A model generated the notes under the pieces. That model searched no databases. It was not told where the DNA came from and saw nothing but the letters and a program-made list of their open reading frames with translations. The translations under genes and the position numbers were made by a program. DNA of 63,996 bases, filler included, from Octopus bimaculoides (taxonomy: Eukaryota): the NCBI RefSeq assembly GCF_001194135.2. It is 7 parts of 7 records of this genome, joined end to end, with 100 filler letters (N's around TTAATTAATTAA, not from the genome) between each part and the next. Parts side by side here need not be neighbours in the genome. Positions count along the whole stretch, not along the records: positions 19,596 to 35,157 come from NC_069000.1; positions 35,258 to 44,090 come from NC_069009.1; 5 more parts are not named here. One strand, written 5' to 3'. Below, piece after piece: positions 26,768 through 39,299 of this stretch; position 1 is the stretch's first letter, and each line of letters opens with the position of its first letter.

Positions 26768-27194
26768 CCTATCTGTCTATCTATCTATATGATACTGGCG
26801 GTGTCAGCATGAGCACAGCCTTTGTGCTGAAACGTATAAAAGAATATATAAATGCAAGCATACATATGCACATACATGTGTGTGTATGTGAGAGAGAGAG
26901 TGAGAGAGAGAGAGTGAGAGAGAGAGTGTGTGTGTGAGTGTGTGTATGTGTGTGTATGTGTGTACATGAGTGTATGTATGCAAATATGCACATATGATTG
27001 TATATGCAAGTTTGCTATATAAGCACATGTGAATATACATATTTACACATGTAAATACATACATACATACACATATACATATATATAGATAGATACTTCT
27101 AATATAAGGATGACATTTTTCGAAAAAACTTATCACTGACCCGCATATGAAAAATACCTTTTAAGGTACAAATTATAAATACACACACACACAC

Positions 27195-27303
<109 letters not shown>

Positions 27304-27397
27304 TATTTACATATATGTATATATGTATATATATCGTCATGATTGACCGGTAGCAACTAAAGCTTTTTTTATTCTCTCTGTTTATTTTATCGTGGTC

Positions 27398-27500
27398 CTT
27401 TCTGTTGAAGAGCATAGGCTCGAAACGTAAAAGACTTTCTCACCTTCCCGAGCGTTAAACTAATGCACCTGTTTGTTGTTTATACACCTGTCTTCGTCTT
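27398..27500 (+). repeat. Penelope-type terminal-repeat fragment carrying a minimal hammerhead-like motif
   Basis: CTTT CTGTTGA A GAGC ATAG GCTC GAAAC GTA AAAG. The downstream part (CTTCCCGAGCGT...ACACCTGTCTTCGTC) recurs in reverse at about 54440-54510 and 59895-59966. Confidence 0.6.
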
Positions 27501-27515
27501 TTGTTNNNNNNNNNN

Positions 27516-27554
<39 letters not shown>

Positions 27555-27813
27555 CTATATGATGTAAATATATATATAGAGGTATATGTCTCTCTCTCTA
27601 TATATACATATAAATATATATGTATATATACATATATGATATATACATATAACATATACATACATATACACACATACACGCACGCACATACATATATATC
27701 TATCAATCTACACATGTATGTATGTTCGTATGTGAGACATTCGAAACTGCGAGTACTATAATGACAACCTTTTACCGTTTGTTCTAAATTATAACATGCG
27801 TATATGTATGTGT

Positions 27814-27850
<37 letters not shown>

Positions 27851-28213
27851 NNNNNNNNNNNNNNNNNNNNNNNNNNNNNNNNNNNNNNNNNNNNNNNNNN
27901 NNNNNNNNNNNNNNNNNNNNNNNNNNNNNNNNNNNNNNNNNNNNNNNNNNNNNNNNNNNNNNNNNNNNNNNNNNNNNNNNNNNNNNNNNNNNNNNNNNNN
28001 NNNNNNNNNNNNNNNNNNNNNNNNNNNNNNNNNNNNNNNNNNNNNNNNNNNNNNNNNNNNNNNNNNNNNNNNNNNNNNNNNNNNNNNNNNNNNNNNNNNN
28101 NNNNNNNNNNNNNNNNNNNNNNNNNNNNNNNNNNNNNNNNNNNNNNNNNNNNNNNNNNNNNNNNNNNNNNNNNNNNNNNNNNNNNNNNNNNNNNNNNNNN
28201 NNNNNNNNNNNNN

Positions 28214-28350
28214 GTGTGTGAGTGTATGAATAACTGTGTGTGAGTGTATGAATAACTGTGTGTGAGTGTATGAATAACTGTGTGTGAGTGTATGAATAAC
28301 TGTGTGTGAGTGTATGAATAACTGTGTGTGAGTGTATGAATAACTGTGTG
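28214..28350. repeat. 22-bp tandem repeat (GTGTGTGAGTGTATGAATAACT), at least 5 copies next to an N gap
   Basis: Exact unit visible repeatedly. Confidence 0.9.
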
Positions 28351-28707
28351 TGAGTGTATGTGCGCGTGTTTCTGCATATGCAGATTTTAATTTTTAGTGT
28401 GCTTTCCATGTATATGCGTTTGTGCAATTGTTTAAAAATGAGCATCGGAGTGTATTTGTGAATGCATCTGCATTTATATTTCATATATGCATCTTAAATC
28501 ATATAAAGGTCCAGGATATAGGTGACTATATGCATATGAATGCAAGCATACATATGCATAAACACGTGTGTGTGTGTGTGAGAGAGAGAGTGTGTGTACG
28601 TGTATGTATAGGTGTATGCATGCAAATACGCACATTTGTTTGTATATGCAAGTTTGCTATATAAGTACATGTGGATATACATATTTACACATAAATACAT
28701 ACATATA

Positions 28708-28783
<76 letters not shown>

Positions 28784-29186
28784 CACACATATATATACAT
28801 ATAAATATATATGTATATATTTATACATTATTTGCATATATCTATATTACGCGTGTGTGTATGTGTGACTCTGTGTGTGTGTTAATATAAGGTTCCTATT
28901 TAAACGCACATTGAAGAATAGTATGTTGAAGCTATGGTGTGAATATAGTGTGAAGAATCAGATTTATTTTGACTTTGAATGCCAAAGTTGATTGGGGCAT
29001 CAAATTTTGCATGTAGAGTTGTTGAACTATTGGAAGAACTTTTACCTTGTAAGATTTTGATACAAGGAGGAAAGCTTCACCAGTAGAATGTGTGTGTATG
29101 ATAGGCTTTACAATTTTTAAAATAATATGCAATAAAAGAATAGTTGTAAAATCTCACGAAAAGACCGGAGGAGTAACTATACTAAA

Positions 29187-29448
29187 CAGTAAAGCCAGTC
29201 GCCACATCCTAGTGGCTGTTGAATGTTACTACTGGTTTAACCCCAGGCAGATTCTCCACCTGCTGGTTATCGGTGCAACTCAGCACCTTTTATATACATT
29301 GTTAGTAGGGGTTCGCTCTCCCTGCTAATGATATATTGTATATAAAGGGTGCAGAGTCGCACCGATAACCAGCGGCTGGAGAATCTGCGTGGGGTCATAC
29401 CAGTAGTGACATTCAACAGCTACTTTGATGTGGCGACTGGCTTTACAG
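29187..29448. mobile_element. Long fold-back MITE (about 125-bp arms, CAGT terminus)
   Basis: CAGTAAAGCCAGTCGCCACATC...TTAGTAGGGG-TTCG-CTCTCCCTGCTAA...GATGTGGCGACTGGCTTTACAG|TA. The whole element pairs with scattered mismatches. Confidence 0.8.
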
Positions 29449-30520
29449 TAAAAGGAATATTTATTTTATTCGAGGTTAAAACTCAAGAAACATTGATCAT
29501 ACAAGTCATTAGACGGTTCGGTGGAATGGAAGGGTGGAAAAGGAGTGAAGAGAAAAACAAAAATTAAGATATGGTAATGAGTATATTTATTGGAGATAGA
29601 AGACTATATGGGCCAAGAAAAAGTGCCTAAGCGTAATCCAGAATAAATCAGGATAACTTAATGGATTGGCTTACCCCTTTAGCATTTAAACTGGCTATAT
29701 CCGGCCGAAACTTTCTATCTGTTTAATGTTCAAACTGGCCAGATCTGGCCTCTCACACGTATCCAACAATGTTGTTCAAAACATAAACAGTTACATCATC
29801 AATATCTCAAAGTTACAAGATGCATGATTAATTCAAATCAACGTGAATGAGCGAGCCTTACATTTAACAGAGTAATCTGAATGCTAAAGAGTTAATGTTT
29901 TTATTCCTAGAAAGGTTAATGTGTCATGGAATATGTATGAAAAACATTCATCTTTCTAGATAATTTGGTGTGTGTATGTGTGTATGTAAGCTTGTGCGTG
30001 CTTTTGTGTGTATGTTTTTTGTGTGTATGCATGTGTGCGAGCTTGTGTGTTACTGCGTGAGTTCGCGCGCGTGTCATTTTGTAAAATAATTGTAAGCATA
30101 TATGTCGGTTGAAAGAAAGATCTACAAGAAGGTTATATTAATAAATTCTCCATAAGAATCCCGTTTGTGATTAGTAATTGATTAGAAGTACAAGCTATCA
30201 GCTAGTGGTATGTAAAAGAACGCTACAAACATTATATGATATGTTGTTAATAAGGACTATTGAATTACTAATAGCCGTTAGAAGACTCTGGAATAAATAA
30301 TGTAAATTTTATTGAAAATATATACCTATTTTAGAGTAATTATATCAAACGAGCCAAAATATTGCTTTTAGCAAGTTCCATACTAGTAAATAATGGCGGG
30401 CTGGGGTTGTAACGAAACTGCTACCATACACACCTGAAAATTGAGGACTAAATGGCAAATTAAGAGTGTATAAAATGTGAATAAAGCCGGGTAATAGTAA
30501 CCTTAAAACTTATTATCTAT

Positions 30521-30553
<33 letters not shown>

Positions 30554-30629
30554 ATAATATAAAGTGGTAAGCTATTGCTGCTACTGCTGTAGCTGCTGCG
30601 CTCCTGATATTAAGAGTTTTCTAGTTAAT

Positions 30630-31600
30630 ATCCCTACGGCACAAACGAAGGCGAGATGCCCATGCAGGGACCACATCAGATGCCCAGTGGGAGGCCAGTG
30701 CGAAACCAAGGGAGTCGTATATGAGACTGAGGTGGCATCTGACTTTAATAGCAGCTACGGTAGCAGCAGAAATAACCGCACCATCATCGCTAATGACAAT
30801 GCTAATAATCACAATAACAACAACGATAACAACAACCACTATAACACCGAAAACAGCTTCAACAACGACGATGGTTATGGCAGTACCAACGGAGACACCA
30901 ACAATTACAATAACAACAATGCCAACACCAACTTTGCAACCGATGATGTCCCCTACGCCAGCAGTAACGATGCCAACATCAGCACCAAAAACAAAAGTAG
31001 CAACGTCAACAACAGCAACAGAAACAGCAATACCAACAACAGTATTCAGAAATACATCGGATGTTCCGGAAACACTTTCAAGTAGCGCCTCTCCTTCCAC
31101 AAATCCTCGTTTAGGATCTCGGAAAGACGCTATGCCACATCCTTTGCCAGTCACCTGTGGCGCCTGAAGGACGGAAGGACTCCACACGTAATCACATGGA
31201 AAATTCTAGAAAAATCAGGTCCCTATATCAATGGGTGCAAACGTTGCAAGCTGTGCATAGCGGAACGGGTGACGATATTCGACTCGAGGAACATCTTAAA
31301 TTTCAAGACGAAAGTCTTCGGACCTTCAGACGATTCCTACTGAAATCCTGGGATCCGCAAGTTGACTGGTGGAATCCGGATAGTGGTCTTAGTGAGACAA
31401 TCCTTTACGCTTGACCTTTCTTTGTCTGTGCGTACGAAAACTATCTACGAGGCCTTTTCTTCCTCCAGTATGAAAAGAGGTTATAACTCACCGGGTATTA
31501 GAGTCTGACGAGACGTTGTAAAGTTAAGCGCTTTATGGACGCAAAATCCTGGGTAACCCTATGAACCAGTCATAACTAACATTCTCTAAATACTCTACTG
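30630..31600 (+). mobile_element. 5'-truncated Penelope-like element (GIY-YIG endonuclease region)
   Basis: CPCRDHIRCPVGGQCETKGVVY...[Asn-rich]...KYIGCSGNTFK*RLSFHKSSFR...HLWRLK...ITWKILEKSGPYINGCKRCKLCIAERVTI; one frame with a single TAG at 31083-31085. Confidence 0.85.
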
Positions 31601-31680
31601 CTCTATAACTTAGAATGTATTTCTCTTTCGGATTTATGATTTAATGATGATATTGATGATGATAATGATGATGATGATGA

Positions 31681-31743
<63 letters not shown>

Positions 31744-31831
31744 TATATATTGTTTTAGGGAAAAGAACTAAGGTTCAAGGTTCATGAACTCATCGATTGA
31801 GTTTTTACCTGTAAATTTGGATTTTTATCTC

Positions 31832-31895
<64 letters not shown>

Positions 31896-32702
31896 CATAA
31901 ACATACGTACACACGTTTATATGTATATAAATAAAGAAATTGATACCTACCTTACATTACTATTTATTAGCTGACTTGTCTAACCTCTGGTTATCCCCGT
32001 TTGATCCTCACCCTTACCACATAGCTAGACATAATAGCATAGAATCCAATTATATTCAATTTACTTCGGCTAACTGAATTATTTATTGTAGATGCACGAT
32101 GTACACCCGGAGCTACAATTCTCTTTAATATATTCACATTAAAGTTAGATCACTGACTAACATACTAATTGCTAGTGCTGCCATTAACGTATAGACGATT
32201 AAACGAACGATTTAACCTATTCTAGCCGAGTTGATTTGTTTTAATTATATTAACGAGTAGTAAACCCTGGTCACACATAACAACACTTTATTTATTTATT
32301 ACACCTGTTTACGTAACCCAGATTTATACCGTATATCGCATTTAAACTTTTAAGAGCGTCCTTAATTTTTACCTAAGGCATTATTTGTAATCATAGGGAC
32401 TTATCTAGTGGATTCATATAGCGTTATTTGTTATGATTAATGATACTGGATATCACTACCAGGTATAACTCTTTCGACTAACACCGCCGGTCAACTGGTC
32501 ATTTTCCCCACTCACTGCTCCATTCATCTACTTGAAGCAACTGTACACACATGTGCCTTCTTTTAAGGACGCAAAAATGTAAGCCTGAAGACCTAACGAA
32601 ACTTTTCCTTTTACGTTTTTCCTTTTTCACTTTTTCTTTTCCTTTTCCTTTTTCCTTTTTTTCTCCTGTCACTATTCCTCTGGTAAAGTTCAAATCATTC
32701 TG

Positions 32703-32879
32703 ATGATGTTTGTTACATGGAACGAGATAACGGCGAAGTTCTTGTCATCGCTAGCTGCTCGCCTTACCGCGGTGTCAGGTGATGCCCGTGAGGGTGTTTG
32801 GCTGTTCCAACGCCTTAGCCTCGACATCGCTCGTGGTAATGCCACGAGCGTGTTGGCTTGCTTCAGTATGTTCCGTTGA
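32703..32879 (+). mobile_element. 3' fragment of a CRE-like restriction-endonuclease non-LTR retrotransposon
   Basis: 58-codon frame below the ORF-track cutoff: KFLSSLAARLTAVSGDAREGVWLFQRLSLDIARGNATSVL, matching the recalled CRE C-terminal pattern L..RL...GD.RE..L.QRLS...RGNA..V. Confidence 0.65.
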
Positions 32880-34330
32880 ACCTTGTGGTGAGCGACCAAT
32901 TGAAGCACTTGGTGTTGCACTAATGCTTTTCTGTACTTTTTTCTTACCTTTTTTCTACTTTTTTCTCTTTCTTTTTTTTTTCCTTGTTCCTCTTTCATCA
33001 TTTTTATTTTTGGATATTGGATAAACGGATATGTATATACCAACTTTATATATATGTTACATATGGTCTTACTGATATTATAAAATCATTTACTTTCATT
33101 GTAATAACAGAAAGTGCCAGTCAAATATTCATGGCGATTGGATCTAACTGTAATTCCTTCCACTAAAATTTCTGGCCTTGTACTTATGAAAGGTATTGTA
33201 AAAATATTTAAATATTCATAAAATCCATCATGTAAAAAGATCCTCATATGCATTGCCATCCGTGTCTGCGCCAGTGCATACATATGCATACACATATATG
33301 TACACATGGATAACGCCATACATCCTTTTCAAAGTAAGTTATATATATATATATATATATATATNNNNNNNNNNNNNNNNNNNNNNNNNNNNNNNNNNNN
33401 NNNNNNNNNNNNNNNNNNNNNNNNNNNNNNNNNNNNNNNNNNNNNNNNNNNNNNNNNNNNNNNNNNNNNNNNNNNNNNNNNNNNNNNNNNNNNNNNNNNN
33501 NNNNNNNNNNNNNNNNNNNNNNNNNNNNNNNNNNNNNNNNNNNNNNNNNNNNNNNNNNNNNNNNNNNNNNNNNNNNNNNNNNNNNNNNNNNNNNNNNNNN
33601 NNNNNNNNNNNNNNNNNNNNNNNNNNNNNNNNNNNNNNNNNNNNNNNNNNNNNNNNNNNNNNNNNNNNNNNNNNNNNNNNNNNNNNNNNNNNNNNNNNNN
33701 NNNNNNNNNNNNNNNNNNNNNNNNNNNNNNNNNNNNNNNNNNNNNNNNNNNNNNNNNNNNNNNNNNNNNNNNNNNNNNNNNNNNNNTATATATATACAAA
33801 CATGCATGCATGTATGCGTGTATAAATACCTACCTACCTACATACATGCCGAATTGACCCAGATCTTTTCGTTTCTTTATCAGATGCAATTTCTCTGAAA
33901 AATCTTGTTTACGCTTCTTGTTTCTGTGTAGCCATCAGCTGTTTCAATAAAAGCTTTTAAACTTCAATATCATCATTTCGTGTTTATTTTTCAGTTAAAT
34001 TGGTGATAATGTCAGCCTGGAGATTATCAATTACGCTTTTGACGATCCTTATTTGTTTGTTCTTGAATAAATTTTTCTTTCTGTTTATAATCGATTTGAA
34101 TCTTAATTCTTAACATACTATGATTACTTTCTTTGACATTGCTAATTACTTCAGCTTTGAAGAAATGTCATGATTGTTTACGGTAACGTAATCTCGTTGA
34201 AGGTTTTATGGTATGGACTGCGAGTCTGGAGTCGAAGAGTCAGCACTTCAGATTGTAAACAACAACGCTTACTTTGACCAAGTAAAAAAACAACAACAAA
34301 AATGAAACAGGATAAAAAGAAACCAAATCA

Positions 34331-34720
34331 AGGCATGGCTGTGTGGCAAGAAGCTTGCATCCCAATTACATGGTTCCGGGTTCAGTTCCACCGCGTGGCA
34401 CCCTGGGCAAGTGTCTTCTATAGCTTCGGGCCAACCAAAGCCTTGTGAGTGGATTTGGCAGAACAAGACTGAAAGAAGCTCGTCGTACATATGTATATGT
34501 ATATATCTATATGAGTGTGTCTGTGTTTGTCCCACCATCCCCACCGGTTGACAACCGTTGTTGGTGTCTTTATGTCCCCGTAACTTGATGGTTCGGCAAA
34601 AGAGACGGATAAAATAAGTACTACACGTAAAAAAGTCCTGGGGTCGACTTGTTCGACTAAAACCCAGTGCTGCAGTATGGCTGCAGTCAAATGACTGAAT
34701 CAAGTAAAAGATAAAAGATA
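34331..34720 (+). mobile_element. SINE family A, full-length
   Basis: AGGCATGGCTGTGTGGCAAG...CCCTGGGCAAGTGTC...GCAGTCAAATGACTGAATCAAGTAAAAGATAAAAGA. Confidence 0.88.
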
Positions 34721-35157
34721 ATATATATATATATATAACAAGATGGCCGAATTGCCAGCATTATTCAAATTATGATTGAATAATTGTGAATACACTTATA
34801 TGAAACCATTGGTATTGTAGAAACAACATTTACTATCAAAAGAAACCATTCTCTCACCAAATCAGTACTGATTGCTCATATTTTAGGTAGCTACTAGCAT
34901 GTGTGAGTGTGTGTTACGCCTGTTTATTAAAAGGTATATCATAAGGTTTCAGGTTCGCTGCCATTGCATAACATCTTAAGGTAGTACCTTTCACCATGGC
35001 AATGGGTCGACTGAAGCTTTTGAATGAAATTGGGTTCACAGAATTGGGTTGTACAGACATCCGTCGGATAGATTGCACCCGTAAGTTAAAGCGCGAGCTT
35101 TTTTACACAGTGTCACCTTGATTCGAGCTGATATATATATATATATATATATATATA

Positions 35158-35257
35158 NNNNNNNNNNNNNNNNNNNNNNNNNNNNNNNNNNNNNNNNNNN
35201 NTTAATTAATTAANNNNNNNNNNNNNNNNNNNNNNNNNNNNNNNNNNNNNNNNNNNN
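35158..35257. other. Artificial assembly spacer
   Basis: Same 44N-TTAATTAATTAA-44N layout; linker at 35202-35213. Confidence 0.97.
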
Positions 35258-35309
35258 TAAACGATGATGATGATGATGATATATATATATATGTATATAT
35301 ATAAACTAC

Positions 35310-35475
35310 ACTCTCGGAGTTGTTGGCTTTAGGAAGGGCATCCAGCTGTAGAAACTCTGCCAGATCAGATTGGAGCCTGGTGTAGCCACCTGGTTTCACC
35401 AGTCCTCAGTCAAATCGTCCAACCCATGCTAGCATGGAAAGCAGACGTTAAACGACGACGACGACGATGATGATG
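35310..35475 (+). mobile_element. SINE/LINE 3' tail ending CCAACCCATGCTAGCATGGAAAGCAGACGTTAAACGACGACG-(GAT)n
   Basis: Same tail motif at 6520-6560 (+), and on the minus strand near 2640-2935 and 10500-10700. Confidence 0.7.
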
Positions 35476-35717
35476 AATGAATGGACACAGGTATCTGCCA
35501 TGACTGCCATTTTGCTCAGCTTGATGGGTCCTCTTCTCAAGCATGACATAATGCCAAAGGTCTTGGTCATTGCCTCTGTGAGGCCCAACACTGCTGGGAT
35601 ACTTCTCATAGGTCTACAGATCTTCTGGATCAAGACCAAAGCAACCAAGAAAGGAAAAAAAAAAAATAACAGGTGCAAAACTTAGAAATATCATTCTATG
35701 ATACTGTAACGACTTAC

Positions 35718-35862
35718 CTGCAGAAGCCAGAATGGTACAAATGAGGGCCTTTTTCAGAGCATTCATTCTCTCGCTCTCGGTAATGATGGACGATAGTTCG
35801 TTATATCTCTGGGCGGCTTCAATAAATTTCCTACGGTAATCCAGAACTCGAGCATAACAGTC
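35718..35862 (-). CDS. COPS4: COP9 signalosome subunit 4, coding exon 6 (145 nt)
   Basis: ccaaacag|GAC TGT TAT GCT CGA...TCT GCA G|gtaag. Translates [48 protein letters not shown](G). Exon 1 and exons 7-10 were not found in the window. Confidence 0.97.
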
Positions 35863-35905
35863 CTGTTTGGATGGAGTAAAAGAGGGGAAATGCTTTGTAG
35901 AAAAG

Positions 35906-35946
<41 letters not shown>

Positions 35947-36937
35947 NNNNNNNNNNNNNNNNNNNNNNNNNNNNNNNNNNNNNNNNNNNNNNNNNNNNNN
36001 NNNNNNNNNNNNNNNNNNNNNNNNNNNNNNNNNNNNNNNNNNNNNNNNNNNNNNNNNNNNNNNNNNNNNNNNNNNNNNNNNNNNNNNNNNNNNNNNNNNN
36101 NNNNNNNNNNNNNNNNNNNNNNNNNNNNNNNNNNNNNNNNNNNNNNNNNNNNNNNNNNNNNNNNNNNNNNNNNNNNNNNNNNNNNNNNNNNNNNNNNNNN
36201 NNNNNNNNNNNNNNNNNNNNNNNNNNNNNNNNNNNNNNNNNNNNNNNNNNNNNNNNNNNNNNNNNNNNNNNNNNNNNNNNNNNNNNNNNNNNNNNNNNNN
36301 NNNNNNNNNNNNNNNNNNNNNNNNNNNNNNNNNNNNNNNNNNNNNNNNNNNNNNNNNNNNNNNNNNNNNNNNNNNNNNNNNNNNNNNNNNNNNNNNNNNN
36401 NNNNNNNNNNNNNNNNNNNNNNNNNNNNNNNNNNNNNNNNNNNNNNNNNNNNNNNNNNNNNNNNNNNNNNNNNNNNNNNNNNNNNNNNNNNNNNNNNNNN
36501 NNNNNNNNNNNNNNNNNNNNNNNNNNNNNNNNNNNNNNNNNNNNNNNNNNNNNNNNNNNNNNNNNNNNNNNNNNNNNNNNNNNNNNNNNNNNNNNNNNNN
36601 NNNNNNNNNNNNNNNNNNNNNNNNNNNNNNNNNNNNNNNNNNNNNNNNNNNNNNNNNNNNNNNNNNNNNNNNNNNNNNNNNNNNNNNNNNNNNNNNNNNN
36701 NNNNNNNNNNNNNNNNNNNNNNNNNNNNNNNNNNNNNNNNNNNNNNNNNNNNNNNNNNNNNNNNNNNNNNNNNNNNNNNNNNNNNNNNNNNNNNNNNNNN
36801 NNNNNNNNNNNNNNNNNNNNNNNNNNNNNNNNNNNNNNNNNNNNNNNNNNNNNNNNNNNNNNNNNNNNNNNNNNNNNNNNNNNNNNNNNNNNNNNNNNNN
36901 NNNNNNNNNNNNNNNNNNNNNNNNNNNNNNNNNNNNN

Positions 36938-36979
<42 letters not shown>

Positions 36980-38379
36980 TGTATATGTGAGAGTGTGTGT
37001 GTGTAGACAAAAACAAGTATATCAAGTGTCATGCAGCTTAAATTCTTGATAGAGTATCAAAATCATGTCTGCCTCCTGAGGACGTATCACAATTGCCAAA
37101 TGAAAAGCAGTTCCGTACAGGAAGGGGAGATAATCTAAGATTCAAGACCTCCATCCCTTTACGGAAGAAGAGAGGCAAATACAGAGTTATTTCTCTTTGT
37201 CTTTTCGTTTAAATCAGTGGATCTTGACCATCTTTTTGCCTGTAGACCCTTTAGATGCCTATTTTACTCTATGGGACCCTCACACCCATTCAATGTTTAA
37301 AAATATCCTATTATATCGTTATAATTAAATATCATTTGGAATCGTATTGAAAGAATAGTTAAGCGCAGTCATGGCTGTGGTGGCAAGGAGGTTGCTTCCC
37401 AACTACACGATCCTGGGTTCAGTCTCATCGTGTGGTACCTTGGGCAACTGTCTTCTACTATGGCCTCAGGCTGATCGAAGCCCTCTGAGTGGATTTGGTA
37501 AACAGAAACCGAGAGAAGACCATCATGTGTCTGTATATTTGTATATGTGTATGTGTGATGGTGTGTGGCCTAGTGCTTAGGCTGCTCCACTCACGATCAC
37601 CAGGTCATGGGTTCAATTCCTAGACTGAGCGGCGCATTGTGTTCTTGAACAAAACACTTCATTTCATGTTGCTCCAGTCCCCTTTCGATCAAGGCGGAGT
37701 GTTGGCTTGCTTACCTAGCCAGTGGGGTGACATCATTTGATGGCTAAAACAATGCAAAGTGCATTGTGACCAGCGATGTGCAACAGCATGTGATAGAGCT
37801 CTGAACCTAAACAAGACTCGTTATTCTTGCTATTATATAAATCACCTAATATACATATCGTTGTCAGTAAATTCCACAGTAGCCATCATTAATTATAATA
37901 ACGATCCAAATATAAACAGGCACAGGCATGGCTGTGTGGTAAGTAGCTTGCTTACCAACCACATGGTTCCGGGTTCAGTCCCACTGTGTGACACCTTGGG
38001 CAAACACATATATATATTTTATATATATATATATGATAGGCTTCTTTTAGTTTCTGTCTACCAAATCCAAAGTAAATAAATATTTACATATACATGTGTG
38101 CATGCATGCATTTGTTTTTGTTCACCCCACTGTTTGGCAACTGATGTTGGTGTGTTTATGTCCCCCATAGCTTAGCAGTTCAGTAAAAGCAACCAATACA
38201 ATAAGTACAAAACTTTAAAAAAAAAAAAAAGAATTTTAATTAAGCACTGGGGTTAATTTGTTAGACTTAACCTTTGAAGGTGGTGCTCCAGCATGGCCGC
38301 AGTCCAATAATCAAAATAAAAGATCCAAGACAAAAGATTTTGGTCTTCCAGTTAAAGCAATTAACTAGAAAGTCGTTAC

Positions 38380-38533
38380 CTTATAACGAATCTGTAATTC
38401 TTCGTTCTGTGAATCTGCCTGCAGGAGGGAGGCCCTGTTGATGTAGGCCTCTGCTTGGACAGGGTCCTCGTTCTCCAGGTAAAGACGGGCAATCTTAAGG
38501 TAGGTCTTGAGTTTGTAGTCGGTAGAGTACTGT
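38380..38533 (-). CDS. COPS4: COP9 signalosome subunit 4, coding exon 5 (154 nt)
   Basis: ctcaacag|A CAG TAC TCT...CGT TAT AAG|gtaacg. Translates [51 protein letters not shown]. Confidence 0.98.
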
Positions 38534-38755
38534 CTGTTGAGTATAGGAAAGAGAGTACACAAAAGAGTTAGTGTAAAGAGGACCAAAGGGCCAGAGCAGG
38601 GTAGAATAGAAGGGTACGACACTTAGTGAAAGGGGACAGTTAGAAAATGTTGAGATCAGCAGATCTATATTAACAATATGAATTGTGTCTGGGATGCTTG
38701 GCACAAAATAATGTCAGACTAACAGTATTAGTAGTACAAAGTCATAGGGACGCAA

Positions 38756-39135
38756 GGCGCAGGAGTGGCTGTGTGGTAAGTAGCTTGCTCACCAACCACA
38801 TGGTTTCGGGTTCAGTCCCATTGTGTGGCACCTTGGGCAAGTGTCTTCTACTATAGCCTAAGGCTGACCAAAGCCTTGTGAGTGGATTTGGTAGATGGAA
38901 ACTGAAAGAAGCCTGTCATATATATATATATGTGTGTGTGTGTATGTGTGTGCATGTTTGTCCTCCTACCATCGCTTGACAACCGATGCTGGTATGTTTA
39001 CGTCCCCGTAACTTAGCGGTTTGGCAAAATAGACCGATAGGATAAGTACTAGGCTTACAAAGATAAAGTCCTGGAGTTGATTTGTTTGACCAAAGGTGGT
39101 GCTCCAGCAGGGCCGCAATCAAGTAAAAGAGTAAA
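38756..39135 (+). mobile_element. SINE family A, full-length, in COPS4 intron 4 (antisense to gene)
   Basis: GGCGCAGGAGTGGCTGTGTGGTAAG...ACCTTGGGCAAGTG...CAAGTAAAAGAG. Confidence 0.9.
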
Positions 39136-39189
39136 CCAACACCAGCTGTCAAGTGATGGTAGGGGACAAACACAAACACACACCCTCAG

Positions 39190-39235
<46 letters not shown>

Positions 39236-39299
39236 TCTTTTAACTGTTTCAGCCCTAATGCTGTGGCCATCCTGGAAAACAACCAGTGTAATCACCCTT

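Noticed and set aside
31495-31580. Hammerhead downstream of the plus-strand Penelope (CTGACGA at 31505)
   Set aside because: No GAAAC or stem III could be placed with convincing pairing; possibly decayed but unsupported.
32585-32602. CTGAAGACCTAACGAAAC hammerhead-like core
   Set aside because: No stem II pairing and no stem III or cleavage triplet.
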